In this document: positions 63,109 to 64,000 of the stretch, piece after piece
Layout: the number at the start of each line of letters is the position of its first letter
Numbering within the stretch: position 1 is the first letter of the stretch
Source: a virus
Lineage: Duplodnaviria; Caudoviricetes
Reading direction: 5' to 3' (one strand)
Virus record (IMG/VR): IMGVR_UViG_2522125155_000001
Location: 36,650-100,649 of that record
DNA length: 64,000 nt
Made by a program: the position numbers and the translations under genes
The notes under the pieces: model-generated
The model's database searches: none
Told to the model about the DNA's origin: nothing
What the model saw: the letters and a program-made list of their open reading frames with translations, nothing else

Positions 63109-63143
63109 CAGAAGCCCCGATCCGAACCGGATCGGGGCTTCTG
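63109..63143. terminator. Bidirectional terminator
   Basis: CAGAAGCCCCGATCC-gaacc-GGATCGGGGCTTCTG perfect 15-bp stem between convergent genes. Confidence 0.78.
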
Positions 63144-63154
63144 CGTTACCTGCA

Positions 63155-64000
63155 TCAGGACGAAGAGACGACCGCCGTCACAGTGTCCACGACGGGGTCG
63201 ACGACCGGCGTGGTCACCTCGGGAACCGGAACCGCCGGAACCGGAACATCGACCGGAGGGAGGGACACCTCGGGGATAGGGACGACGGGGACCGACGGCA
63301 GCGTGACCGGCGGGTTGGTGATGACCTTGGTGACCGACTTCGTGATCTTCTTCGGGAGGCTCGTGACCTTGGCAACCGCCTGCTGCGCTGCCTGCGCGGG
63401 GAGGGTCTTGGCGGGCTTGCTGATGTTCTTGACGGCCTTGTACGTGAGACTGGACATCTTCTCGGTGTGGTGGGAGGCCTTGGGCTTCTCGCCGCTCGCT
63501 GGCAAGGAGACCAGCACCCACAGGGGAGTGGTGATGGCTTCGATCCCCGCGCTCACCGACGGCTTGCGCTCTTCAGCCTGCCGGAGGGTGGGGGTGCTCG
63601 TGATGGCCTCGGCCGTTCTCTTGGCCGCGCTGGCGCTCAGGTGACCGCTCGCCGCCGGGGCAACCGCGCCGCTCCGGTTGCTGGTCATTTGCTGCGCGGC
63701 GTACGCGGCCGAGCCGACGAGCATGCTGGCTGCCACAGGGAGGGCCGCGCGGCGAAGGCGCTGGGTGGTTCGACGGGGGGCGGCATGCCTCGGCGCATAG
63801 TGCGCGAAGTGGACCTCGTCCTCCTCGTCGACCTCTTCGTGCCCGCACGCGGCGGGGAGGAAGGCGATCTGACCTGTCTCATCTACGACCGTGTCGATGA
63901 GTCCGAACTCGGAGGCCCACAGGATGAACGCATCCGTGGTGTTGGCGAGCCGCGTGTTGCGGTCCTCGGTGCTTTCCTCGGGACGGTGGGTGAATGGCAT
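63155..64000 (-). CDS. Membrane-anchored/secreted Pro-Val-rich protein; start at window edge, may be truncated
   Basis: PRHAAPRR then hydrophobic helix; PxV repeats at C-terminus. Confidence 0.65.
   Translation of the reverse strand: MPFTHRPEESTEDRNTRLANTTDAFILWASEFGLIDTVVDETGQIAFLPAACGHEEVDEEDEVHFAHYAPRHAAPRRTTQRLRRAALPVAASMLVGSAAYAAQQMTSNRSGAVAPAASGHLSASAAKRTAEAITSTPTLRQAEERKPSVSAGIEAITTPLWVLVSLPASGEKPKASHHTEKMSSLTYKAVKNISKPAKTLPAQAAQQAVAKVTSLPKKITKSVTKVITNPPVTLPSVPVVPIPEVSLPPVDVPVPAVPVPEVTTPVVDPVVDTVTAVVSSS

Overview
High-GC, gene-dense segment of a large lytic actinobacteriophage genome (WhiB, two Lsr2, leaderless SigA-type promoters). No capsid, terminase, integrase, rRNA, tRNA or CRISPR array is evident. 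Layout: (i) 1-800, end of a probable virion gene and two membrane genes; (ii) 0.9-21.6 kb, replication/recombination block (HTH initiator-like gene with iteron-like repeats, DnaB, primase, SNF2 helicase, MerR-like HTH, SSB, family A polymerase, class II RNR, RecA, resolvases, WhiB, Cas4-like nuclease, dNMP kinase, SpoVS); (iii) 21.7-31.3 kb, unknown genes plus an Acb2/Tad1-like protein, a TGT-fold protein lacking the usual catalytic Asp, and a LysM endolysin; (iv) a leftward FtsK-like ATPase; (v) 32.6-45.5 kb, an array of small genes punctuated by 11 copies of a composite regulatory cassette; (vi) an Lsr2 and an AT-rich, repeat-rich divergence point near 47.0-47.5 kb (candidate origin or terminus); (vii) 47.6-64 kb, small accessory genes, HAD phosphatases, an Rnl1/PNKP RNA-repair pair and a second Lsr2. 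The most striking signal is the cassette array. A conserved box TGACAA(C/G)CA(C/G)TTCG, usually built on the upstream stop codon, lies exactly 24 nt before a TTGAC(A/G) -35, and sequence-variable, G.T-tolerant hairpins enclose the -35 or -10. All calls are from reading the sequence; no database searches were run.
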